DNA of 64,000 nucleotides, taken from assembly GCA_029781045.1 (NCBI GenBank), contig JAKOXL010000001.1, positions 8,084-72,083 on the forward strand. Reading direction: 5' to 3'. This DNA comes from Bacillota bacterium (GTDB taxonomy: Bacteria; Bacillota; UBA994; UBA5500). Positions 45,604 through 54,482 of this stretch are shown here, one piece after another; position 1 is the first letter of the stretch, and each line of letters begins with the position of its first letter. Made by a program: the position numbers and the translations under genes. The notes below the pieces were generated by a model. The model did no database searches and was not told the DNA's origin. It saw only the letters and a program-made list of their open reading frames with translations.

Positions 45604-46499
45604 TGCTAGTCGCGCTGCTGCTTCCCCTCGTACTGCTAATTGCGGCGGGCGCCCTAGCTCGACACGCACTCAAGGTCGAGGCCAAGCCACTAGCCCGCCT
45701 CACCCTATATCTCTTAAGCCCAGCCCTCATATTTAACTCCCTCTACCATTCCAACCTAACCGGCCCCCAGCTGGCCAAGCTATCCTTTGGGACCGTCTTG
45801 CTGATAGTAACCCTCTCTTGGGTTTTGACCGGGCTATGCCATGTGTTACGCTGCCCGCTGCAGCTAGTCGGCGCCCTGCAATTGGGGGCCGTGTTTATGA
45901 ACGTGGGGAACTATAGCTTACCCATTGTTGCAGCGGTTTGTGGTAGCGAAGGGTTAGAACGGGGGGCGGTGATCATGGTGGTCCACCAAATGCTGATGTT
46001 CACCTTGGCCGTCTACTTCGCCGCCCGCGGCACTTTGGGTGCTAAAGCAGCCCTTGGTAAAGTGGTGCAGATGCCGACCGCCTATGCTGCCCTCTTGGCC
46101 CTCATTCTACGGTTCTCGCGCTTGCCTTTACCCCAATGGTTGGCGCAAACCGTTGCTCTCCTGTGCCAGACCTCGATTCCCATCTTTCTACTCCTGCTTG
46201 GCATTCAACTGGCTGATATGTTCTTTAGCCATCGCTGGCTGCTCCTCAGCATGGGCGCCTGCTTTAAGCTGGGGTTGGCTCCCCTCGTCGCCAATCTCTT
46301 GGCTCGACTACTGCATTTTGATAGCCTCAGTCACCAGGTCTTCGTACTAGCCGCTGCGTCTCCTACAGCCGTGGTAACCACCATGTTAGCCGTGGAGTTT
46401 GATGCCGAACCGGAACTGGTTTCCTCCCTGACTCTCGTAACCACCCTCTTTAGCCTCTTTACCATCCCCTTTATTATTAAACTTTTAGGCTTGGGCTAA
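45603..46499 (+). CDS. AEC (auxin efflux carrier) family transporter
   Basis: 298-aa polytopic membrane protein with AEC-like N- and C-terminal repeats. Overlaps the upstream stop. Confidence 0.65.
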   Translation: MLVALLLPLVLLIAAGALARHALKVEAKPLARLTLYLLSPALIFNSLYHSNLTGPQLAKLSFGTVLLIVTLSWVLTGLCHVLRCPLQLVGALQLGAVFMNVGNYSLPIVAAVCGSEGLERGAVIMVVHQMLMFTLAVYFAARGTLGAKAALGKVVQMPTAYAALLALILRFSRLPLPQWLAQTVALLCQTSIPIFLLLLGIQLADMFFSHRWLLLSMGACFKLGLAPLVANLLARLLHFDSLSHQVFVLAAASPTAVVTTMLAVEFDAEPELVSSLTLVTTLFSLFTIPFIIKLLGLG

Positions 46500-46553
46500 C
46501 ATAGAACTTGGCCCGCCCCCATATCTTAATAGCGAATAGGGGGTGCAAGCTCT

Positions 46554-47333
46554 ATGATGTTCTTTATTCCTAGACGCAAAATCCTTCTCCTCACCAGTCT
46601 GATATTAGTACTGGCCGTGGGTTTTACCGCCAGCCGCTTCTACTCACCGGAGCAAGCGGGGCAAGTGATCAGCACGTTGCTCAACTTCAACCGTAAGGTC
46701 CCTATATACTGTGTGCAAACTGATGAAAAGCGTATTGCCATCAGCTTCGATGCGGCCTGGGGCGCCGATCGTACCGATGAGTTACTGACCATTCTCGACG
46801 AGTACGATGTGAAAACCACCTTTTTCCTGGTGGCCTTCTGGCTAGAAAGATACCCGGAGGTGGCAGCCCGCATCGCTGCTGCTGGCCATGAAATTGGCAA
46901 TCATAGTGCCACTCATCCGCACATGGCCCAGCTTTCCAAAGAGCAAATCCGCCAAGAAATACTAACCACCCACCAGCTGATTAAGGAGATCACCCAGCAA
47001 GAAGCTAAACTATTTCGCCCACCCTTCGGCGAGTACAACAACCTGCTCTTAGATACCTTAGAAGAGTTGGGCTACTACACTATCCAGTGGAGCATCGATT
47101 CCCTGGACTGGCGTCCCACTACACCAGAGGAAATCGTACAGCGGGTAACCAGTAAGATAGCTCCCGGTGCCATCGTTCTCTTCCATAATAACGGGGAGCA
47201 TACACCGGCCGCCCTGCGACCCATATTGGAGTACTGTCGACAAGAGGGCTATGAGGTGGTGCCCATTTCCGAACTCTTAATCAAAGGAGATTACTATATC
47301 GACAAGAGCAACGGTATGATGAGACCCAAATAG
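46554..47333 (+). CDS. polysaccharide deacetylase family protein (NodB domain, PdaB-like)
   Basis: N-terminal TM segment. NodB motifs (FDAAWG, HSATHPHM, RPPFGEYN, LFHNNG). Confidence 0.75.
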   Translation: MMFFIPRRKILLLTSLILVLAVGFTASRFYSPEQAGQVISTLLNFNRKVPIYCVQTDEKRIAISFDAAWGADRTDELLTILDEYDVKTTFFLVAFWLERYPEVAARIAAAGHEIGNHSATHPHMAQLSKEQIRQEILTTHQLIKEITQQEAKLFRPPFGEYNNLLLDTLEELGYYTIQWSIDSLDWRPTTPEEIVQRVTSKIAPGAIVLFHNNGEHTPAALRPILEYCRQEGYEVVPISELLIKGDYYIDKSNGMMRPK

Positions 47334-47348
47334 GAGGCACATTAAGGG

Positions 47349-47590
47349 TGCCGTCGCACTAGGGTCTCTAGCATCCGAACCAGGAAGCTATTGCTATTGG
47401 GGCCGCAGATATACGCACAGCGCGCTGGACCCAATAATTGGGAGAGTGAGGGAGGCAAGGAAAAGCAGAGACAAGGGGCCAATTGCCTTGGGAGCCGAGC
47501 TCATTCCGACAGAGCTGGGCTGCGCTCTAGTATGGCCATGGCCCGCAGGTGCATAACGAAACAGGGGCTGTCGTGAGACAGCCCCTAATG
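47349..47590 (+). repeat. copy 2 of the ~230-nt conserved noncoding element (candidate sRNA/MITE-like), ending in the GGGGCTGTC-GTGA-GACAGCCCC hairpin
   Basis: See copy 1. Lies between convergent genes. Confidence 0.5.
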
Positions 47591-47601
47591 CTTTTCAAGG
47601 C

Positions 47602-48759
47602 CTATACCACCGAAGGTTCTCTGAACAACTCGCCACGGGCAAAGCGGCCTAGACTCATGGGCTCGATGGGAATCTCCGTTTTCTGTCCGAGGATACTCTG
47701 GGCCAACAGCACCCCCACCATGGGGGCGATCATAAAACCATGGCCGCTAAAGCCGCAGGCCAGATAGAAGCCGGGTACCTCCTCCACCGGCCCCAGAATG
47801 GGGGTTCTATCGGGCGTCATATTGTAAAGTCCCGCCCACTGGCGCACCACCCGGATATGCCGTAGGGGTGGCAGCAGCCAGGTTATTTTCTCAGCCATTT
47901 CCTCCAGGAACTGCCAACTAGCTTCCATATTATAGCCTGGCTTCTCCGTCGGATCCCCTAACCCCATGATGAAGCTGCCATGGGGAGTTTGCTGGCAGTA
48001 GAGGTTATGATGGAAAGACATTACCATGGGGCGCTGCATAGGTTCCACCGGCTCAGTAATAAGAATCTGATGCCGCTCCGAGTGGGTAGGAATCTCGAGG
48101 CCCACCATAGCAGCCACATCCTGCGACCAACCTCCTGCCGCGTTGACTACTACGGGGGTAGAAACATAGCCCCGGTCGGTATGCACCCCTTGGATGCGGT
48201 CGCCATCCCGCTCAATACCGGTGACCGTCGTATTGGTATAGATCTCGACTCCTAAGCGGCGTGCTGCCTTGGCATAGGCGTCGGTTACTTTAAAGGGATT
48301 GCAATGGCCATCGGTGGGGCAATAGGTGGCGCCCAACAGCTGCTCCGTGTTCAAATGGGGTACAACTTCCTTGGCCTCCGCCGGTGTCAACAGTTCTACC
48401 TGTAAGCCGTGGGCCTTTTGCAGGGCCACATTCTTTTTGAATTGCTCCCAGCCGGCTTCCGTATAGGCTAGCAGCAGATAGCCACCCTGGTTAAACTCAA
48501 TGTCATCGTCGTAGTCCAGTTCTTCATTCATGTTCTCAAACATACGCACACTGGCCATGGACATACGTAGGTTCATCTCCGTACCCCATTGGGCCCGCAC
48601 TCCAGCCCCACAGCGGCCGGTGGCTCCACTGGCCAAGAAATTTCGCTCCAACACACAGATATTGGTAAGCCCCCGCTTGGCCAGATTATAGGCAATAGAA
48701 ACACCGTTAACACCTCCACCAATGATTACCGCATCAGCAGTCTTCTTCACGGGGCTCAC
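47602..48759 (-). CDS. FAD-dependent oxidoreductase (DAO family; sarcosine oxidase beta / OoxB / proline dehydrogenase beta-like)
   Basis: N-terminal ADAVIIGGGVNGVSIAYNLAKRG dinucleotide-binding motif. 385 aa. Last gene of an overlapping five-gene operon. Confidence 0.75.
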   Translation of the reverse strand: MSPVKKTADAVIIGGGVNGVSIAYNLAKRGLTNICVLERNFLASGATGRCGAGVRAQWGTEMNLRMSMASVRMFENMNEELDYDDDIEFNQGGYLLLAYTEAGWEQFKKNVALQKAHGLQVELLTPAEAKEVVPHLNTEQLLGATYCPTDGHCNPFKVTDAYAKAARRLGVEIYTNTTVTGIERDGDRIQGVHTDRGYVSTPVVVNAAGGWSQDVAAMVGLEIPTHSERHQILITEPVEPMQRPMVMSFHHNLYCQQTPHGSFIMGLGDPTEKPGYNMEASWQFLEEMAEKITWLLPPLRHIRVVRQWAGLYNMTPDRTPILGPVEEVPGFYLACGFSGHGFMIAPMVGVLLAQSILGQKTEIPIEPMSLGRFARGELFREPSVV

Positions 48760-49033
48760 CTCCTAAGATGGCGGCAAAGGTAACCGGCCTACTGGGCTGC
48801 CTATATTTGGCGGGCTTCTGCTCTCTGATGGGCACGCCGGTCATAGCCGCTATTTCTCGCTCAATTAGGGCACGGCAGGTACGACCCTGGCAGGGCCCCA
48901 TTCCGGCTCTCGATATGCGTTTTATCTCATCCACCGTCGTGTAACCTGAAGCGATTAGCTCACGCAAGCGTTTCAGGGTCAGATCCTCACAGCGGCAGAT
49001 AATTGTCTTCTCATCGGGTCCCATCCGTTTCAC
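48734..49033 (-). CDS. (2Fe-2S)-binding BFD-like domain protein
   Basis: CRCEDLT...GPCQGRTC cysteine pattern of BFD-like [2Fe-2S] domains. 99 aa. Confidence 0.65.
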   Translation of the reverse strand: MKRMGPDEKTIICRCEDLTLKRLRELIASGYTTVDEIKRISRAGMGPCQGRTCRALIEREIAAMTGVPIREQKPAKYRQPSRPVTFAAILGGEPREEDC

Positions 49034-49517
49034 CCTCCACCATTATATTACGCACTTCCTGGGCCAACTCCCTGGGCACCGCCAGATGAACAATAGCTGT
49101 GCGTTCAAAGGTGGGCGGGTTCTGCACCCTAATCACTCGGCCCTTACCCACCGGCTCACCAGCTCTATTGAGGGCGGTAACCACTTCTCCCGGCTGGGGC
49201 AATGGTAAAAGCTCATAGGGCAACTTCAGCAGGGCCTCAGTTTCGCTATAGGTCATATCTACCACAAAGATGGCTAGGCCCGGACAGTTGGCCACACAGA
49301 GTGCACAGCCATTGCATTGGTCCCAATCGATCTGTGGCCTATCGTTTATGTCAGCAAAGGGCCGTATTGCATCTTGCCGACAGGCGGTGGCACAAGGATT
49401 GCATGGTATACGTTGAAAACACTCAATAATAGCCACTGGCCCTTTAGCCAACCTTTCTTCCGTTGGTAGGACTTCTGCCAGATCGGCAACCGTCGGAATC
49501 CCTGTACTCTTAAGCAT
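49011..49517 (-). CDS. 4Fe-4S ferredoxin-like subunit
   Basis: CNPCATAC and CNGCALCVANCP cysteine clusters. 168 aa. Confidence 0.55.
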   Translation of the reverse strand: MLKSTGIPTVADLAEVLPTEERLAKGPVAIIECFQRIPCNPCATACRQDAIRPFADINDRPQIDWDQCNGCALCVANCPGLAIFVVDMTYSETEALLKLPYELLPLPQPGEVVTALNRAGEPVGKGRVIRVQNPPTFERTAIVHLAVPRELAQEVRNIMVEGETDGTR

Positions 49518-50604
49518 CAGCAGTCACCCCTTTCTCTACCCAGGCCAGACCAGCGCGAATCTTCTCGCCTACTGGCCCAGCACGTAGAGCCGACAGCTGG
49601 GCCTTAGCTTCTGCCAGTTGCTCCTGCGCCTCTTTACCCCCTAGCCCTAAGCTCAAAGCGGCACTAAGACCGGCTAGTTGACCTTCCACCATAGCACTGC
49701 TGGCCTCTTCCACTCCCGCCACATCGCCGGCCACATAGATGCGGGGATTACTGGTGCAGAGGTGGGCATCGCGCACCGCCACAGTTCCACCCAACTCAGG
49801 CACATACTTCATCTGACACCCAGCCTGCCACAACAGGTCGCTGAGTGGCGACAGCCCCACCGCTAAACAGATGACATCTACGGCAAAGTGCCGTTCCGTA
49901 CCGGCAACAGGTTGCCGGTTGGCATCCAGCTGCCATATGGTCGCCCCTTCCACCGCCTCTTCTCCATGGGCCTCTTTAATGGTGTGGCTAGTGTAGATGG
50001 GTACGCCGGCCCGACGGACCTTAGCCGCATGTACTAGGTAGCCCCCGATGGTGGGAGCCGCTTCTACGATTGCCGCCACCTCCACTCCCGCCTGCAGCAG
50101 CTGATAGGTAACAATGAGTCCGATATTGCCGGCTCCGACCATGAGCACACGGCGCCCTGGTCTGACTCCGTGCACATTCATTAAGGTCTGCACCGCCCCC
50201 GCTCCATAAACTCCGGGCAGATCGTTATTGGGGAACGCCAACATCCGCTCACAGGCACCAACAGCCACGATAATCCGTTGGGCCCGCACCTTGATAACCC
50301 GGCCCTTATGCTCCGCCAACAATACGCCGTCTTCGTAAATGCCTAAAACTGTAGCTTCCTGCAGAATTGCTATGTTTTCTTGGCTGCGGGCTGCGGCCTC
50401 CAGCTTTTTGGCGATTGCTATCCCCCGACTGCCAGCAAACTGCTGTTGGGAGCCAAAGAACTTGTGGGTTTGCTTAATCAACTGCCCCCCCAGGTGGTCG
50501 GATTCGTCCAACAACAAGACTTGGGCACCGAGCTGGGCTGCCGCCACAGCGGCCCGCAGACCGGCGGGACCACCACCAATTACTGCGATCTGCGTGTTAA
50601 TCAT
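49510..50604 (-). CDS. FAD/NAD(P)-binding oxidoreductase (sarcosine oxidase alpha N-terminal / OoxA / HcnB-like)
   Basis: IAVIGGGPAGLRAAVAAAQLGAQVLLLDE, plus a second Rossmann motif (VGAGNIGL). Confidence 0.75.
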   Translation of the reverse strand: MINTQIAVIGGGPAGLRAAVAAAQLGAQVLLLDESDHLGGQLIKQTHKFFGSQQQFAGSRGIAIAKKLEAAARSQENIAILQEATVLGIYEDGVLLAEHKGRVIKVRAQRIIVAVGACERMLAFPNNDLPGVYGAGAVQTLMNVHGVRPGRRVLMVGAGNIGLIVTYQLLQAGVEVAAIVEAAPTIGGYLVHAAKVRRAGVPIYTSHTIKEAHGEEAVEGATIWQLDANRQPVAGTERHFAVDVICLAVGLSPLSDLLWQAGCQMKYVPELGGTVAVRDAHLCTSNPRIYVAGDVAGVEEASSAMVEGQLAGLSAALSLGLGGKEAQEQLAEAKAQLSALRAGPVGEKIRAGLAWVEKGVTADA

Positions 50605-50906
50605 CTCAACACTCCCTTCCCTTGTTGAGTTTCCACGCGCATGCCTGCCCGCAGCTTTTCAACACAAACGCGTACATTGGGTACCCCGTCCACCGTCATT
50701 AAGCAGGATGAACAGGCACCTATGGCACAAAAAAAGCCCCGTGGCCTTTTCTTCACATGACTATGGCTTAAGGTTCTGATACCAGCGGCATGCAAGGCTG
50801 CAGCAATCGGTTCTCCCTCATAGCCCTCCAGTTGCTGGCCGTCAAAGGTAAAAGTCACCTTGGGCCCCTTCTCAAACTGCAAAATGGGATGATCCGTAAT
50901 TCGCAA
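50601..50906 (-). CDS. (2Fe-2S)-binding subunit (HcnA / OoxA N-terminal domain-like)
   Basis: C-x-AIGACSSC-x..C cysteine pattern. TTG start at 50906 with a strong GGAAGGAGGA RBS; the track ATG at 50936 has a weak RBS. Confidence 0.55.
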   Translation of the reverse strand: MRITDHPILQFEKGPKVTFTFDGQQLEGYEGEPIAAALHAAGIRTLSHSHVKKRPRGFFCAIGACSSCLMTVDGVPNVRVCVEKLRAGMRVETQQGKGVLR

Positions 50907-50974
50907 CCTTTTGTCCTCCTTCCGTATAAATTCCATATTGTTAATCTTCTGTCTAGAGCATTAAACTCCTGCTT

Positions 50975-51014
50975 CTAGCAAAGAAAAGGGTGATCCACTA
51001 GCGTGCATCACCCC
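50975..51014 (-). terminator. terminator-like hairpin plus U-run inside the 5' leader of the amine-dehydrogenase operon (candidate attenuator)
   Basis: On the minus strand GGGGGTGATgcacgctagtggATCACCC is followed by TTTTCTTTGC, about 70 nt upstream of the start codon. Confidence 0.4.
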
Positions 51015-51124
51015 CATAATTACCATATGAGTCCGGCTATCGATTATTACTTTCTCAGCGGCATCCAGCTCACTCCTGCTCGTCATTAGCATAAGCTAAT
51101 GCCATTGCAGCATACAGGATATAG

Positions 51125-51172
51125 CAAGAGCCGAGGGAGACACTAGGTAGTCCTAGCATTTCCCCCGGCTCT
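51125..51172 (-). terminator. probable terminator of the soj-spo0J-DUF554 operon
   Basis: On the minus strand GAGCCGGGGGA...TCTCCCTCGGCTC forms an 11-bp stem with one mismatch and a structured loop. Confidence 0.3.
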
Positions 51173-51173
51173 C

Positions 51174-51842
51174 TTAGAATCTGGCTAACAGAGCTGCGAT
51201 CAGTATGGAGGGCAGAAGATTGCCTACGCGGATCTTCTTCATCTCTAAAATGTTCAAACCGATGGCGACTACCAAGATGCCGCCCACCGCACTCATCTCG
51301 GTAATCATCGCTTCACTAATTAACACCGATATCCATTGGGCTCCAAGTGTTATAGCCCCCTGGTAGACGAGAACCGATAAAGCCGATAGTGCTACCCCCA
51401 TACCCAGAGTGGAGGCAAAGAATATGCTGGAGATGCCGTCCAGCAAAGACTTGGCAAAAAGGGTTTCGTGGTTTCCCGTTAGGCCGCTTTGCAGCGATCC
51501 CATAATGGCCATGGCCCCCACACAATAGACTAGAGTAGCCGTGACAAACGCCTCTCCCACATTTCCCCCCTTGCCCAGAAGGCGTTCCGCCCTTTGCCCG
51601 AAGCGCTGCAGACGGTCCTCAATTCGTAGCGCTTCCCCCACAAGGCCACCCAGCACTAGGGACGCAATCAAGATAAGGCTATTGTTGGTTTCCCATGCAC
51701 CCTTAAGGCCAATAAGCACAATGGCTAACCCTATGGCAATGCCACTGGTCTCCTTGTACTTATTGGGAATACCGGAACGCAAGAGCACGCCCAACAAGGT
51801 ACCTGCACAAATTGCTGCCGCATTTACTATGGTGCCTAACAC
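51174..51842 (-). CDS. DUF554 family membrane protein
   Basis: VLGTIVNAAAICAGTLLG N-terminus typical of DUF554. GTG start with a GGAGGT RBS; the longer track ORF overlaps the RBS. Lies 19 nt downstream of the spo0J stop. Confidence 0.6.
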   Translation of the reverse strand: MLGTIVNAAAICAGTLLGVLLRSGIPNKYKETSGIAIGLAIVLIGLKGAWETNNSLILIASLVLGGLVGEALRIEDRLQRFGQRAERLLGKGGNVGEAFVTATLVYCVGAMAIMGSLQSGLTGNHETLFAKSLLDGISSIFFASTLGMGVALSALSVLVYQGAITLGAQWISVLISEAMITEMSAVGGILVVAIGLNILEMKKIRVGNLLPSILIAALLARF

Positions 51843-51860
51843 TTTAATACCTCCTGCCAA

Positions 51861-52721
51861 TCACTGCTGCAAGAGCAACTCCAAAAGACGTTCCAGTTCT
51901 TCATTGTCATAGTAGATGATTTCAATCTTACCCCGCTTACGCCCTGGCAGTAGTCGCACTTGAGTTCCCAAGGTGGACGCCAGTCGCCGCTCCAAGTCTT
52001 CGATTTCCGCTGGGCGTTTTTTCTTTGTTTCACGTGAAACAGAAGCAGCCTGTCCTGCCAAGTGGCGCTTAACCAACTCCTCCGTCTGTCGCACGTTCAA
52101 TCCCTGCTCGATCACCATTTCTGCTAGACTAAGTTGCAAAGCCGGATCCGCCACGGCCAAAAGGGCGCGCCCATGACCAGCAGAAATTGTTTCACGTGAA
52201 ACAAGCTCCTGCAAAGCCTGGGGTAGCTGCAATAGCCGCAGCGTATTGGCCACATGGGGACGACTACGGCCTACCCTTTGGGCCACCTCCTCCTGCGTCA
52301 GCCCCAGCTGTTTCATCAGCTGTTCATAACCCCGGGCTTCATCTAGGGGATTCAAATCCTCCCGCTGCAAGTTCTCCACGATGGAGAGCTCCATCATCTC
52401 CCGATCGCTTAACTCCTTGACCAAGGCTGGAATATCCTCCAGCCCCGCCAATTGGGCCGCCCGACAACGCCGTTCGCCGGCCAATAGCTGATAACGTTTC
52501 CCCTTGGGTCGGACTATAACGGGCTGCAGTATACCGTGCAGCCTTATGGATTCGGCCAACTCTAGTAAAGTCTCCTGCTCAAATTCACGACGAGGCTGAT
52601 ACGGATTAGGATCAATCAAACGCAAAGGCACTGTAGTTACATCCTTAGCCGTTTCCGTTCCGGGGTCAACTGGTATTAAGGCCTCTAACCCCCTACCTAA
52701 ACGCGATCTAGCCACGAGCAA
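51861..52721 (-). CDS. spo0J: chromosome partitioning protein ParB/Spo0J
   Basis: ParB box (LLAGERRCRAAQLAGL) and an HTH. Lies downstream of soj. Confidence 0.9.
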   Translation of the reverse strand: MLVARSRLGRGLEALIPVDPGTETAKDVTTVPLRLIDPNPYQPRREFEQETLLELAESIRLHGILQPVIVRPKGKRYQLLAGERRCRAAQLAGLEDIPALVKELSDREMMELSIVENLQREDLNPLDEARGYEQLMKQLGLTQEEVAQRVGRSRPHVANTLRLLQLPQALQELVSRETISAGHGRALLAVADPALQLSLAEMVIEQGLNVRQTEELVKRHLAGQAASVSRETKKKRPAEIEDLERRLASTLGTQVRLLPGRKRGKIEIIYYDNEELERLLELLLQQ

Positions 52722-53472
52722 TTACCTCCTTAGCCAACTCCGAGTAAACTTCAGCTCCCCTAGACTTGGGATCGTAAATTATAATCGGCTGCCCAAAGCT
52801 GGGCGCCTCACTCAAGCGCACATTGCGGGGAATAATGGTGGCAAAGACCTTTTCTCCAAAGTAGTTCTGCACTTCCTCCACCACCTGCTGCGATAAGTTG
52901 GTACGGGAGTCATACATGGTCAGCAGTGCCCCGAACACCTCCAACTTGGGGTTCAAATGCCGTTGCACCAACTGAATGGTGTTTAGCAATTGCCCCAATC
53001 CTTCTAATGCATAGTACTCACACTGCACAGGGACCAGCACCCCATGGGCAGCCGTAAGCGCATTTAAAGTGATAAGTCCCAAGGAGGGCGGACAATCAAC
53101 TAGAACATAGTCATAAAAGGCCAATACGGGTTCCAAAGCCTCTTTCAACTTGGTCTCCCGCGATATGGCCGGCACCAGTTCAATCTCGGCACCCGCCAAC
53201 TGAATAGTAGCCGGCACCAGCTCCAGCCCCGTAACCTCTGTGGGCTGAATTACCGCCTCCACTGGCAGCCCATCGATCAAGACATGATAGATACATCGCC
53301 GCAACCGACGCCGGGCAATGCCTAAACCGCTGGTGGTATTCCCTTGGGGATCCACGTCAACAACTAAGACCTTCTTTCCCTCCTGGGCCAAGCAAGCCCC
53401 TAAGTTGACGCAGGTAGTGGTCTTGCCGACTCCTCCCTTTTGATTGGTAATGGCTAATACCTTGGCCACCAC
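52708..53472 (-). CDS. soj: chromosome partitioning ATPase ParA/Soj
   Basis: Deviant Walker A KGGVGKTTT. 254 aa. Confidence 0.9.
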   Translation of the reverse strand: MVAKVLAITNQKGGVGKTTTCVNLGACLAQEGKKVLVVDVDPQGNTTSGLGIARRRLRRCIYHVLIDGLPVEAVIQPTEVTGLELVPATIQLAGAEIELVPAISRETKLKEALEPVLAFYDYVLVDCPPSLGLITLNALTAAHGVLVPVQCEYYALEGLGQLLNTIQLVQRHLNPKLEVFGALLTMYDSRTNLSQQVVEEVQNYFGEKVFATIIPRNVRLSEAPSFGQPIIIYDPKSRGAEVYSELAKEVIARG

Positions 53473-53570
53473 TCTTCACTCCTTATGTCATAATCGCACC
53501 TACCCAGTTGTCCCTGCTTACTTCTCTCTTCACCGCTTTTACTCCTGCCAAAGCGAAAGAAAAGGCCTGG

Positions 53571-54389
53571 TTAATTGCTCATTAACCAGGCCTTCCAATC
53601 GGCTTCAAGAACCAACAGCGGCGCACCATAAACCGCTTCCAACGCGGAGAAAAAGGGCTGTCCTTGCTCCATTAACTGCAAAAAACGCGCCATCCCCCCA
53701 TCTCCCAGCTGTTCATATAGAAACCTAACCAAGCTTAAAGACTCTTGATACACCACGTTCTCCGGCAAAGCCGAAAACTCACGGGACAGTTGCCTCAAGC
53801 TGTGGGGTTGTTGGCGCCAATCATCTCCGCCTTCCTGCCAGACATAACCACGCAGGCGCATTTCCCAGTACTGGGCCATGCCCTCGCTAAACCAAACGGG
53901 ATAAGCCGCCACTGCCTGATAATCAAGCAACAAGTGGGCTAGCTCATGCACTACTGGGCCAAGCAGACTATAATGGGTCAAAGCATCATCCCGATTCAAA
54001 TGGGGCTGCCAAGCCTGGGACCCCAGAAGCTCCAACCTACCAAGATAATAGGCTCCAAGGGTGGGAGCATAGTCGCCGGCCCCCAAAGCTACCTGTAACG
54101 ATTGCTGCGATTCATGCAGTCTCACCCTAATCGGTTTGGGAGTCCGATCGGATAACCATGCCTGCAAATCCACTAACCCCTGTTCCAATAGCTCCAGAAC
54201 AAACTGGGCCTCCTCCCGGTCGTTCGTATACAACAGTTCGAAGTTCTCGCTCCGCAGCACCTCTCCCTCACCCAGAGGCCGCCAACGGCTAAGGGTGCGA
54301 ACTACCCTATAGCCAGGTCTCCAAGGCATGACAAGTACTGTGATTAACGTGATGATCAACAGCAGATCAATTCCTTTAAACCGGCGCAT
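53571..54389 (-). CDS. membrane-anchored putative zinc metallopeptidase (HExxH) inserted between noc and soj
   Basis: N-terminal TM segment. HELAH motif with a downstream Glu (WFSEGMAQYWE), suggesting a gluzincin. Start at MRRFKG with an AAGGAGGTGA RBS. Confidence 0.45.
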   Translation of the reverse strand: MRRFKGIDLLLIITLITVLVMPWRPGYRVVRTLSRWRPLGEGEVLRSENFELLYTNDREEAQFVLELLEQGLVDLQAWLSDRTPKPIRVRLHESQQSLQVALGAGDYAPTLGAYYLGRLELLGSQAWQPHLNRDDALTHYSLLGPVVHELAHLLLDYQAVAAYPVWFSEGMAQYWEMRLRGYVWQEGGDDWRQQPHSLRQLSREFSALPENVVYQESLSLVRFLYEQLGDGGMARFLQLMEQGQPFFSALEAVYGAPLLVLEADWKAWLMSN

Positions 54390-54482
54390 TGCTCTCACCT
54401 CCTTTTTCTTAGTCAAAACAAAAAGCACTGCTCCGTAGAGCGTGCTTCCTATTATACATTATGTAAACTAGCTTTGACCAGC

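Noticed and set aside
50907-51173. Glycine riboswitch or T-box upstream of the amine-dehydrogenase operon
   Set aside because: No GGAGAG / ACCGAAGGGGCAA glycine-aptamer blocks and no AGGGTGGNACCGCG T-box sequence. Only a generic attenuator-like hairpin is visible.
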